A stretch of 64,000 bases of DNA from Escherichia phage JLBYU43: sequence record NC_105512.1. One strand, given 5' to 3'. Shown here piece after piece: positions 25,272 through 34,209 of the stretch. The notes below the pieces were generated by a model that made no database searches, had not been told where the DNA came from, and saw only the letters and a list, made by a program, of their open reading frames with translations. Positions within the stretch are counted from its first letter, which is position 1. Every line of letters starts with the position of its first letter. A program made the translations under genes and the position numbers.

Positions 25272-25667
25272 ATGGAACAAGTATTTTGGCGTCAGATAGA
25301 TCCTAGTTTGGTAGAGCGTGCTGAGGGGCTCCTTGCACATTGGTTGGGGGTTGACAAGGTTAGTGTAACATTTCCGTTTACTTCTGTAACAGACCCTAGT
25401 GTAGGTGTATTTGTGGACGAAGATGAAGATGATGGTTGGGAAGCTGACTGGAATGAATTGTCCAGCATGGGCTTGATTGTTGCCATCAACTTCTCTATAT
25501 TCCATCCACGTGGCTTAGCCATTACACGTGACCCCGAAACTGGTGAATCCCCTTATCTTTTGCAAGTAGAAGATGATATTTGGGAGTACACCGAAGATAT
25601 TCTCGAAGAAGCTAAAGGTCAATTAAATCGCATTGGGATCTATGTTCCAGGCCTAAATGATGATTGA
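25272..25667 (+). CDS. hypothetical protein, paralog B (131 aa)
   Basis: ORF-track ORF with AAGGAGG RBS; paralogous to CDS 24834-25262. Confidence 0.55.
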   Translation: MEQVFWRQIDPSLVERAEGLLAHWLGVDKVSVTFPFTSVTDPSVGVFVDEDEDDGWEADWNELSSMGLIVAINFSIFHPRGLAITRDPETGESPYLLQVEDDIWEYTEDILEEAKGQLNRIGIYVPGLNDD

Positions 25668-25758
25668 TTTTCATTAGCCCAATCCTGATTACCGAGTCAT
25701 TTTGGCTCGGTTTTCTCTGTGCTCAAAGACACTGATAGCACCTTCGTAAAAAATTTTG

Positions 25759-25787
25759 TTGCACGATGCTCAAAATCTTGGTATAAT
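25759..25787 (+). promoter_or_regulatory. sigma70-type promoter (TTGCAC-17-TATAAT)
   Basis: TTGCAC at 25759-25764, 17-nt spacer, TATAAT at 25782-25787; followed by about 590 nt without a credible ORF. Confidence 0.55.
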
Positions 25788-26380
25788 ATTTATATTGAAT
25801 TGAGAGACATTAGTAAAAATTGATTTTGCTAATTTTTCTTAGTGAAGCTGACAATGGATTTACGGCGAGAGTGGTCGATGACCCGTAAATAGCTGCATAA
25901 GGTACGTTGCTAGAGCTTTATGAAAAAGTTTTTCTTGTTTACAATCCGCGATACGGAACAGTTAGGCTGCCCCATTAAGGGTTGTTTTAACTATTACTAG
26001 TGTTTATATTGCATTAGTTAATCTTCAATTAAGTGATCTGTGTACCCTGAATTCGGAAAGGTAAATCCAAACCGTGCATATTTAGCTCGTTATATAGGCA
26101 GAGCTTTATATGGGGGTGCGAACGAAAAGAGCAGCGAATGGCGGCACGTACAGTAGTCACCTACCAATAGGATAGCGAGGACAAATAGAATCGGCTTAGC
26201 GGCCAATGACCTAGGTTCTATTCTGTATATGAGCGAAGAGAGCACAGCACTGAGATATGATAACTTATTCATATTGTTTGATGATAATTGATGTTTACGT
26301 AAATAGTAGTAATAGTTGTTCTATTCTTTCTGAATAGTCCTAAAGAAAAGATTTCGATTAATCAACACAGGAGTATTGTT

Positions 26381-29170
26381 GTGTTTTCTATCCTCCAAGG
26401 TCACGCCGGGTTTTCTCGTGATTTAGCAACAGGTATTTGGCGAGAAATCAAAGCGGAAGATTATACCTTTGCCAAACGATTCTCGAAAGAGCATCCAGAA
26501 GGTAAACCAGCTTCTATGCCCTTCAAATTTGATGTAATAGAAGAGCACGACCCACAAAGCCTTGCTGAAATGTTACCACTTATGAGACGTTTAACGTCTG
26601 ACCCTCATATCGTTGTGGTACGAGGTCGATGTCTTGCACCTAAAAATAATGTGCGACGTAAGAAAGGTAACTTTAATGTATCCAACCCTAGCAATATTAT
26701 TGCTATGGACGTGGATGGTATCCTGGATACCGGTGGGTACGACAAGTTTAATCTTGTAGGTATGGCCCGTCACATTATTAAGATGTTGAATAGTATTAGT
26801 GAGGACATGTTTCCTCTTGATGCAGGGTTTATTGCTCATGCATCGTCTTCGGCTGGCCTAAAACCAGGTATCCGAATGCACTTAATGCTAGAATCTAACG
26901 TCAAGGTAACTCAAGGTCAGTTAAAGTTCTTATTTACGTCTATCAATGATAGTAGTAAGCAAAAATTCGGTTTTGATATTGCCGACTTAGCTTATTATTC
27001 ATCTGTCCAGCTTCACTATTTTGCCGACCCTTTATTTAGCGATGGTATTGTTGATCCGTTTAAAGCGGAGAGTAAGCCACGTCTGGTGTATGTTAAAGGT
27101 TCGAAAGTAAATTTGCCTAATAATCTGGTTGACTATGAAACAACTAGAGGGGAGTTTAAGGAAGAGTTTTATTCTTTACTTGATCAAATTAAAGGCAAAA
27201 AGATTGCTTCTGATAAAGTAGAAGAAACCATCAGCGAATTGGAAGAAGCTGAGGATGGGGTGTACTTGCGTATTATCCCCAAACTATACCATAGAGCATT
27301 AGAGGATGGTGTTGATTTCGCATGGCTAGAACGTGAGATTAAACCCGCTTTATCTGAATATATTGCAACTAAAGATAACAGTCGTAATATTCAAGATTAC
27401 TTTAATAACGGTCGTAAGCAGGCTCTCAAAGCGTTTGTTAATAATTCTAAACGCGAGATTCCATTAAATCTGAAAGGTGTTCCTCTTAAGAAATTAGAAG
27501 TGGATTCTCCACCAGAAGTTCCATACCTGAAGATTAACATTGTGCCCCCAAAAGGGCATATAACATTTGTTAAGGCAAGTCTTGGTACTGGCAAAACTAC
27601 GGCAGTAACTAAATGGCTGGACGCAGGTGTTCTTCCTGGCAACTTTTTAGCAGTTACAAATACTAGAGCGCTGGTATCTTCAAACGCTAAGAAATTTAGC
27701 GCAGGACAATATGATAAGTCTGTAGATATGCTCAACTTTAAACGTGGAGCTATTGATCGTATGTCCACAACTATTCACTCTTTGCATAAGTTCAAGAGTT
27801 TTATTGGTCAAATTGATGCAATCTTTATCGATGAATGTGATGCTGTAATGAATGACCTATTATTCGCCCCGGTTGTTAAACAGCGTCGTGAATGTATTCA
27901 AGTTCTACGTGACATCCTCATGACAGCTAAAACTGTAATTCTATCAGATGGTGATATTAGTGCCGAAACTATTGAAGCATATGGTTCTCTAATTGATTTT
28001 GATAAACCAGTAGCATTTTATAATCATCACCGTAAAATGCTGTCAAAAGCTCATGCTTATGAGTTCCCTGACGAATCCAGTATTTGGGTTGCACTTCAAA
28101 CATCTCTAGAGATGGGTGAGAAGTCAATCCTAGTATCTGACTGTGGACCTGATGAATTAAATGAAAAGGGAATGGCATTACGTCGTAATACCGGTGCGTT
28201 AGTTAAAGAAATTCACTCAAACTCTACGTCTGATGTAGATATCCGACGTATTCTGGATTATACAACTAATGAGCTAATTGATCAACAGATTGATTGTTTG
28301 TTATGTAGTCCATCTGTAACGAGTGGTGTTGACTTTAACTATTTTGATAACGTATTCGTAATCACTAGAACCTCAAACCAAGCGCCAAACATGCGTTTCC
28401 AAGCAATCAGGCGCGACCGTGGTGCTCAGAACATTTATTATTTTATTGATAAATCTACGAGTGGATTTTCTGCAGGTTCCGAGCAATATAATATTGACGA
28501 GGGTTGGATTGAGTTAGCCCAACAACTGTACGCACGTCGTCGTGAGCTGGAATCTAGAAACTATACCAGTACTTTGCGTTATTATCTTCTCGATCAAGGT
28601 GCAACTATTGATATCTTCAGTGAAAGCTGGGGGACTATCGAAGGTGCAGGCAAAGAGTATACAGAAGAGCGAATCAAAGCCATTTTGTATTCAACTCCTG
28701 ATTATTGTGCTCCACGCCATGCAGATGCGTATGAAGCTAAACTACTTCTTGTTCGCTATTATCATCTTGAGTCTATTAAAGATGTAACAGTTGAGCATGT
28801 TGAGCAATATATCAAGGATAAACCTAATGATCGAGCTGCATTCTTCCATAAAATGCACGAGATGTTCTGGGAAGATATTAAGAAGTGTTCAAATGTCACT
28901 ATCAAACCATTCATAGAAGCTCTGAAAGGTAAGAAGAAAGATTTCTTCCTTAAAACAGGTCAGAGTGCTAACCCAAAATACGCCAGAATGTATCTTGGTA
29001 TGATGGGTATTGGTAAGGATATGAACACGGAGAATATTGTAGACTGGTACAGAACCTATTGTAAAATCGAATGTATGCCAATCCCGTATAAGTTTATGAC
29101 TGATGAGGAGAAACATATGCATGATGAAGCAATGGCAGAGCTAGGCGCTAGAAATGACAGTGAAGAATAA
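26381..29170 (+). CDS. P-loop NTPase, putative replication initiation or helicase-like protein (929 aa, GTG start)
   Basis: Walker A SLGTGKTTAV and DExD-like Walker B IFIDECDAV in the central region; ACAGGAG RBS before the GTG start. Confidence 0.7.
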   Translation: MFSILQGHAGFSRDLATGIWREIKAEDYTFAKRFSKEHPEGKPASMPFKFDVIEEHDPQSLAEMLPLMRRLTSDPHIVVVRGRCLAPKNNVRRKKGNFNVSNPSNIIAMDVDGILDTGGYDKFNLVGMARHIIKMLNSISEDMFPLDAGFIAHASSSAGLKPGIRMHLMLESNVKVTQGQLKFLFTSINDSSKQKFGFDIADLAYYSSVQLHYFADPLFSDGIVDPFKAESKPRLVYVKGSKVNLPNNLVDYETTRGEFKEEFYSLLDQIKGKKIASDKVEETISELEEAEDGVYLRIIPKLYHRALEDGVDFAWLEREIKPALSEYIATKDNSRNIQDYFNNGRKQALKAFVNNSKREIPLNLKGVPLKKLEVDSPPEVPYLKINIVPPKGHITFVKASLGTGKTTAVTKWLDAGVLPGNFLAVTNTRALVSSNAKKFSAGQYDKSVDMLNFKRGAIDRMSTTIHSLHKFKSFIGQIDAIFIDECDAVMNDLLFAPVVKQRRECIQVLRDILMTAKTVILSDGDISAETIEAYGSLIDFDKPVAFYNHHRKMLSKAHAYEFPDESSIWVALQTSLEMGEKSILVSDCGPDELNEKGMALRRNTGALVKEIHSNSTSDVDIRRILDYTTNELIDQQIDCLLCSPSVTSGVDFNYFDNVFVITRTSNQAPNMRFQAIRRDRGAQNIYYFIDKSTSGFSAGSEQYNIDEGWIELAQQLYARRRELESRNYTSTLRYYLLDQGATIDIFSESWGTIEGAGKEYTEERIKAILYSTPDYCAPRHADAYEAKLLLVRYYHLESIKDVTVEHVEQYIKDKPNDRAAFFHKMHEMFWEDIKKCSNVTIKPFIEALKGKKKDFFLKTGQSANPKYARMYLGMMGIGKDMNTENIVDWYRTYCKIECMPIPYKFMTDEEKHMHDEAMAELGARNDSEE

Positions 29171-29387
29171 AAAATGGGAAACAAGGAAGTTTCCAGTAAA
29201 AGAGCGTAAAGTTCCTGTTTACGACACTTCGGAAAAGCTATGTAGGGTGGTACCACACAGATTAGCTGGCATCCCTAACATATCCGAGTGGTTACTTAAA
29301 CAACGGAAAACTAACGTGTCTCTTCGCATCGGCTTTGAGTTAGATAAAGTCTATGCTGAACTTGCTTCTTTGCTCAAGGAACAATAA
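29154..29387 (+). CDS. hypothetical protein (77 aa)
   Basis: ORF-track ORF overlapping the end of the 929-aa gene; stop overlaps the next start. Confidence 0.4.
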   Translation: MTVKNKKWETRKFPVKERKVPVYDTSEKLCRVVPHRLAGIPNISEWLLKQRKTNVSLRIGFELDKVYAELASLLKEQ

Positions 29388-29959
29388 TGTTTATAAGAAT
29401 TCCCGAATTTCCTGACTATGCAGTGAATGAAAATGGAGATGTATACTCTTTTCTCTCCAACAAATTTCTTGCTCCAGGTCAAAATACTGCGGGGTACTTA
29501 CAAGTTAACTTAATGAAAGATGGCTCCCCTATAAATGTGAGAGTGCATAGGCTAGTGGCTTATTGTTTTGGTCTACTTCCTGAGTTAGAATCAGAGTTGG
29601 TAGTAGACCATATAAATGATAATAAGTTAGATCCTAGATTAGTTAACCTACAGGTATTAACCCACAAAGCTAATGCAATAAAATTCCATAATAAAAACTG
29701 GAGAGAACATCCAGATTTCTTAGCAGAGATTAAGAAATTAGAAAGTATGGGTATAACTAAAGCAGCTGCATCTTATAGGTGTAGGGCTATGTTTAAATAT
29801 AATGTGGTTATTCCTTCCGGTGATACTCTAACCTTAGAGTTAATAGAATCTACATATCAGAAAACCAATTCTTGGAGAAAAACCGCGAGAGTACTTGGAT
29901 TTAAAAGCGCTCCTGCCATTCTTTATAGATATAACAAGCTGAAAGCAGCTTCTTTATAA
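29387..29959 (+). CDS. HNH homing endonuclease
   Basis: HNH_3-like motifs (GYLQVNL..HRLVAYCF...VDHINDNKLDPRLVNLQVLTHKAN). Confidence 0.7.
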   Translation: MFIRIPEFPDYAVNENGDVYSFLSNKFLAPGQNTAGYLQVNLMKDGSPINVRVHRLVAYCFGLLPELESELVVDHINDNKLDPRLVNLQVLTHKANAIKFHNKNWREHPDFLAEIKKLESMGITKAAASYRCRAMFKYNVVIPSGDTLTLELIESTYQKTNSWRKTARVLGFKSAPAILYRYNKLKAASL

Positions 29960-29965
29960 ATTTAT

Positions 29966-29994
29966 TTGCTTTCAGGAAAAAATTTCTGTATAAT
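29966..29994 (+). promoter_or_regulatory. sigma70-type promoter, T5 PN25-like
   Basis: TTGCTTTCAGGAAAAAATTTCTGTATAATAGATTCATAAATTTGAGAGAGGAG, near-identical to the T5 PN25 promoter as recalled. Confidence 0.75.
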
Positions 29995-30025
29995 AGATTC
30001 ATAAATTTGAGAGAGGAGTTTAAAT

Positions 30026-30730
30026 ATGGCTGGTTCTCGTAGAAAGAAACACATTCATGAAATCCCGGATGAAGTCTTTAAAAAGGTTATAGAGCATCTG
30101 GAGAACGGCGGTACTAAGAAAGCAGCATGTGAAATGCTCGGCGTATCATCCAATCCAACTATGGAAAGGATGATTGAGGAATGGCAAGACCGCCAAATTC
30201 AAGTTGCCGAGATGAAGAAAAAGAAACGTGGCACACTCATTGAAGGCATTGAGTTAGCTAACGTTATTGAGCAGTATTTATCTGGTGATTCTTTTGAAGA
30301 AATTGCCGATCGTAATTATCGTTCTGTAGCAATGGTTAAATCTGTTTTGGAACGCTATGGTGCTCTGCTTCGTTTGAACGATATTGTAGATCCATTGAAT
30401 CCTCCAATTATTCCTGATGATGCTGTAGCAGAAGAATTTGAGGTTGGAGAACTAGTTTGGGTTCCTGGATACCAGTGTATTGGTGAAATCAAAAAAGCAA
30501 TGGATAATCCTGTTGGTTGTTACCGTGTATGGCTTCTATCAGAAGGCAAACAACAGAACGTCCATTATATGAATTACGAGCTGGCTTCTGTTAAACATCT
30601 GGAAAAGCTAGGGGTTGATGTAAAATCTCTAGGGTATAAATGGACTCGTGAAGAAATTATTACGTTGATTAATGAAGCTGTTAAGGCTGCCCTGAAACTT
30701 GATAAAGAAAAAGGAAAACGCCGTGAGTAA
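30026..30730 (+). CDS. putative HTH DNA-binding protein (234 aa)
   Basis: N-terminal helix-turn-helix-like segment (GGTKKAACEMLGVSSN); first gene after the PN25-like promoter. Confidence 0.55.
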   Translation: MAGSRRKKHIHEIPDEVFKKVIEHLENGGTKKAACEMLGVSSNPTMERMIEEWQDRQIQVAEMKKKKRGTLIEGIELANVIEQYLSGDSFEEIADRNYRSVAMVKSVLERYGALLRLNDIVDPLNPPIIPDDAVAEEFEVGELVWVPGYQCIGEIKKAMDNPVGCYRVWLLSEGKQQNVHYMNYELASVKHLEKLGVDVKSLGYKWTREEIITLINEAVKAALKLDKEKGKRRE

Positions 30731-30959
30731 GCTAACTGATTTGCTTAAAGATGGGGATGTAAAATATCTTCAACGGGATAGCTGGGAGAATAATAAAGAG
30801 TATACTGTACTGTTAAAATTTGACGTAGACAGCAATACTGTACGTCAATACGTGTGGATGCCTCCAGATACTACGCTGCTGCCTAGTGATGAAGAGGTTG
30901 AATTAACCCTAGACGAAGCTCTAGCGGATGATTGGGAGATTGTTGAGCTAGATGTGTAG
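30723..30959 (+). CDS. hypothetical acidic protein (78 aa, GTG start proposed)
   Basis: ORF-track ORF 30699-30959; in-frame GTG at 30723 preceded by AAAAGGAAAA is a likelier start. Confidence 0.4.
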   Translation: MSKLTDLLKDGDVKYLQRDSWENNKEYTVLLKFDVDSNTVRQYVWMPPDTTLLPSDEEVELTLDEALADDWEIVELDV

Positions 30960-30979
30960 CAATTACCGAAAAATTTCAG

Positions 30980-31008
30980 TTGCTTAATCCTATAATTCTT
31001 GATATAAT
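30980..31008 (+). promoter_or_regulatory. sigma70-type promoter, T5 PD/E20-like
   Basis: TTGCTTAATCCTATAATTCTTGATATAATATTCTCATAGTTTGAA, near-identical to the T5 D/E20 promoter as recalled. Confidence 0.7.
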
Positions 31009-31065
31009 ATTCTCATAGTTTGAAAGAACTATTCTGTTTAATTCTTAATTAAGGAAATATAAAAT

Positions 31066-31476
31066 ATGACTACTCCAACTCAGTGGACTGATGAACTGTT
31101 CGAAAAAATGTCTTCCGAATACGTTGCTCGTATGGAGCAATTCCCAGAGGATGAACGTCCGGGTGTTAGCATGGAAATTGTTAGCGAAATTGCCCAGGAA
31201 AATGGTGTAACTCCGAACGGTTTTCGTATGAAGCTGACTAAAGCAGGTTTGTATATCAAGAAAGCTGCTGGCTCTGCTTCTAAATCTAGTGCATCTACTG
31301 GAGAAAAAGCTTCTGGTGGTTCTCGCACTTCTAAAGCTCAAGCCCATGCCGACCTTCGTTCAGCATTCTCTGATGCTGGCCTAGCACCAGATTTTCTGGA
31401 TGATGCAATTATTGACAAACTGACCGGTAAAGCGGCTGCTCATCTGGCAGAAGCAATCCGAGCTATCACTAAGTAA
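31066..31476 (+). CDS. hypothetical protein, host-like codon usage (136 aa)
   Basis: ORF-track ORF with E. coli-optimal codons and an Ala/Ser/Lys-rich central region. Confidence 0.6.
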   Translation: MTTPTQWTDELFEKMSSEYVARMEQFPEDERPGVSMEIVSEIAQENGVTPNGFRMKLTKAGLYIKKAAGSASKSSASTGEKASGGSRTSKAQAHADLRSAFSDAGLAPDFLDDAIIDKLTGKAAAHLAEAIRAITK

Positions 31477-31512
31477 TTTTTAGATAAATCCACCAACAAA
31501 AGGAACACAGTT

Positions 31513-31809
31513 ATGACCAAAGCTGAAATTATCGCACAATGTGAAAAATTTGGTGAGTTTTATCTTCATTACGAGAAACTTCGTCAGAAAGGAACCACGT
31601 ACCTTCAGGGTACGATGGAATTTGATCCAGCCCAAGATAAATATCTGGCTGAGCGTATTAAACGTGAACGTATTCGTAAAGCGAAAGATGATGAGATCCT
31701 TGTCTTCTCTCGTACTAATGATAGCTTCCGTTTTATTCCTGTCGAGAAAGTCCGTCGTGTGACTAGCCTCCAATCAGAGTTAGATCGTGCTTCTCCAGTA
31801 GGCCGATAA
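31513..31809 (+). CDS. hypothetical protein (98 aa)
   Basis: ORF-track ORF with AAAGGAACA leader. Confidence 0.5.
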   Translation: MTKAEIIAQCEKFGEFYLHYEKLRQKGTTYLQGTMEFDPAQDKYLAERIKRERIRKAKDDEILVFSRTNDSFRFIPVEKVRRVTSLQSELDRASPVGR

Positions 31810-31859
31810 GAAACCAATTAGCCCCTATATGGGGCTTTTTGTGTATTTGGGATATGTAA

Positions 31860-32168
31860 ATGAGCGAACAGGTAAATCAAAACTATGAAGGACACGTTGA
31901 TGACCAGTCCATCATACTTTGGGAGAAGGAGGGAGAACAAGTAAGATTAACAGTATCTGAATTTCGTGGGAATCTATACATGGGTATTCGTTACTGGCTT
32001 CTTGATATTAATGATGAATGGTTTCCAACGAAATCTGGCTTCTCTTTTCCTTACACCCTAGAAACAACATCACAGCTTTTCTATGCGTTTACACAGATTC
32101 TTAGTGAATCTGAGGTTTTACATGAAGTACAGAAACGAGCTGAAGAACTCAAAGCCAAGAATGCCTAG
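31860..32168 (+). CDS. hypothetical protein (102 aa)
   Basis: ORF-track ORF. Confidence 0.5.
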   Translation: MSEQVNQNYEGHVDDQSIILWEKEGEQVRLTVSEFRGNLYMGIRYWLLDINDEWFPTKSGFSFPYTLETTSQLFYAFTQILSESEVLHEVQKRAEELKAKNA

Positions 32169-32195
32169 TTCTTGGCTTTTTCTTTATAAATGTAT

Positions 32196-32224
32196 TTGCT
32201 TTCAACTCAGTTTTATTATATAAT
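32196..32224 (+). promoter_or_regulatory. sigma70-type promoter (TTGCTT-17-TATAAT)
   Basis: TTGCTT, TCAACTCAGTTTTATTA, TATAAT, leader ATAAATTGATGAGAG. Confidence 0.65.
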
Positions 32225-32255
32225 ATTTATATAAATTGATGAGAGATATAAATAA

Positions 32256-33227
32256 ATGACTAATGTAAAAGACTTTATTAAACGTTGCCAAGAAGCGTAT
32301 TACCAGGGAATGTCTTTAATCTCTGACGAAGAATATGATCGTCTGATTAAAAGATTTCCGTTAGAAGAAGAGATCGGGCCTAAGGGCGATATTCCACATC
32401 TGTATCGTATGTATTCTTTACAGAAAGTTTACTTTGATCGTGGTGATAAAGCTCCGTTTACTACCCTTGATGATGTAGAAACTGATAAGTTAGATGGTTG
32501 TGCAATTTCTCTACTGTATATCGACGGAACGTTTGTTCAAGCATTAACTCGTGGTAATGGTATTCTAGGAAATGATGTCACAAGCAACGTTAGATTGCTG
32601 AACATCCCGAAAAAGATTTCCCAAAAAGTACCAACTCAAATCACTGGTGAAGTTCTTATCACTAAAGAAGTAGAAAACAAACGTAACTACGCTTCCGGTG
32701 CTATTAACTTAAAAGAAGAAGATGACTTCATCGAACGTATTGCAGAAGGTGGCTTGATTTTTGTAGCGTACGGTATTCAGTGTTCAGAGGATTCTGTAGG
32801 TATTACAGGTTCTTACTTAGATGATATGTCTTGGTTGGCTAACGAAGATTTTATCACTGTAATGAACATTAAAAACTACTTTAATTGGTATCCAACGGAT
32901 GGTAAAGTAGTTCGTATTAATGACAACAACAAATTCTTCCGTGAAGGTTGGACAAATAAACATCCTCGTGGTGCTTATGCAATCAAACAAGATGAAGAAG
33001 GCGAAATTACAACTCTTCTCAAAGTTGAATGGCAGGTAGGGGCTTCTGGTAAAGTAACTCCAGTTGGTTATTTCGAACCGGTAATTATTGATGATGCTAC
33101 AATTGTTAAGGCGACTCTTAATAACGTTGATTATATTAACTCTCTTGATCTAGAGATCGGTTGCCAGATTCGAGTAATTCGTGCTGGTGGTGTAATCCCG
33201 TGTATAGTAGAGCGAGTATACGATTAA
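32256..33227 (+). CDS. ligA: NAD-dependent DNA ligase, N-terminal half (adenylation and OB domains)
   Basis: SDEEYDRL (domain Ia), KLDGCAISLLY (KxDG adenylation lysine), TRGNGILGNDVTSNVR and IRAGGVIP match LigA motifs. Confidence 0.8.
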   Translation: MTNVKDFIKRCQEAYYQGMSLISDEEYDRLIKRFPLEEEIGPKGDIPHLYRMYSLQKVYFDRGDKAPFTTLDDVETDKLDGCAISLLYIDGTFVQALTRGNGILGNDVTSNVRLLNIPKKISQKVPTQITGEVLITKEVENKRNYASGAINLKEEDDFIERIAEGGLIFVAYGIQCSEDSVGITGSYLDDMSWLANEDFITVMNIKNYFNWYPTDGKVVRINDNNKFFREGWTNKHPRGAYAIKQDEEGEITTLLKVEWQVGASGKVTPVGYFEPVIIDDATIVKATLNNVDYINSLDLEIGCQIRVIRAGGVIPCIVERVYD

Positions 33228-33277
33228 TACATAACCCTTTGCTACCCATCTACCATATCGGAATTATAAAGTGGTTA

Positions 33278-33306
33278 TTGACATTTTCGCCGCTTAGGTA
33301 TATACT
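33278..33306 (+). promoter_or_regulatory. sigma70-type promoter (TTGACA-17-TATACT)
   Basis: TTGACA, 17 nt, TATACT inside the 200-bp gap between the two ligase ORFs. Confidence 0.5.
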
Positions 33307-33370
33307 ATTATCATTCAGTTGAGGGATAGAAAGTTATGGCGAGGGTAAGCAAAGTTAGTTAAAATTGTAG

Positions 33371-33399
33371 TTGCTAAATGCTTAAATACTTGCTATAAT
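33371..33399 (+). promoter_or_regulatory. sigma70-type promoter (TTGCTA-17-TATAAT)
   Basis: TTGCTA, AATGCTTAAATACTTGC, TATAAT, leader ATAAATTGATAAGGAAG. Confidence 0.65.
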
Positions 33400-33429
33400 A
33401 TTTATATAAATTGATAAGGAAGAAATTTG

Positions 33430-34209
33430 ATGAAAATCGAAATTCCAACACAATGTCCCTCTTGTGGTTCTAAGCTAGATCTTGTCAACGGACAATTATT
33501 CTGTCGGAATAAGTCCAACTGTCCAGCGCAATCAAGTAAGTTAATTGAGAACTTCTGTACAAAAATGAAGTTAAAGGGCTTTGGTCCAAAAACTATTGAG
33601 AAGCTGGAGCTGACGAAGATTTCAGAACTATTTTACCTAACCGAAGAAGATTTGGTTAGAGCCGTGGGTAGCAAGGTTGCCGCTAAGTTAATTAGCGAAT
33701 TAAATACTAAAGTTCGCGGAGACATTGACTTTGGTTCAGTTCTCGGTTCTTTAGGAATCCCTCTAATCGGAGAGGTTGCAGCAAAGAAATTATCCCAAAA
33801 TTGCACTAGCTTCCACGATGTGAAGGCTGACGGCAAGGCTGGAGAAAATTATAAAGCCTGGCTAAATTCCCCACAAGGCAAGGATGTTATCGAATTACCG
33901 TGGAAATTTTCAACTGGTATTAGGGGCACTAAAGCTAATATCATCATTACAGATGAATTAGTTGCCCAGCCAAATGGAATCGCGGTATGTATTACCGGAT
34001 CTTTGCAAGATTTTGCAAATCGAACGGATGCAACAAACTATTTAGAAAGTCTAGGGTATACGGTTAAGAAATCAGTTACTAAAGACGTCAAATACCTAAT
34101 CTGTGAGGATGAATCAAAACGTTCTTCCTCATCTTATAAGAAAGCCGAAACGAATGGGATAGAAATCCTGTCGATTAAAGAACTATTGGAGAAAAATAAT
34201 AATGTCTAA
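33430..34209 (+). CDS. ligA: NAD-dependent DNA ligase, C-terminal half (Zn finger, HhH, BRCT)
   Basis: Zinc-finger CPSCGS...C..C, helix-hairpin-helix region and BRCT-like IAVCITGSL; ATG at 33430 preferred over the TTG at 33427. Confidence 0.75.
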   Translation: MKIEIPTQCPSCGSKLDLVNGQLFCRNKSNCPAQSSKLIENFCTKMKLKGFGPKTIEKLELTKISELFYLTEEDLVRAVGSKVAAKLISELNTKVRGDIDFGSVLGSLGIPLIGEVAAKKLSQNCTSFHDVKADGKAGENYKAWLNSPQGKDVIELPWKFSTGIRGTKANIIITDELVAQPNGIAVCITGSLQDFANRTDATNYLESLGYTVKKSVTKDVKYLICEDESKRSSSSYKKAETNGIEILSIKELLEKNNNV

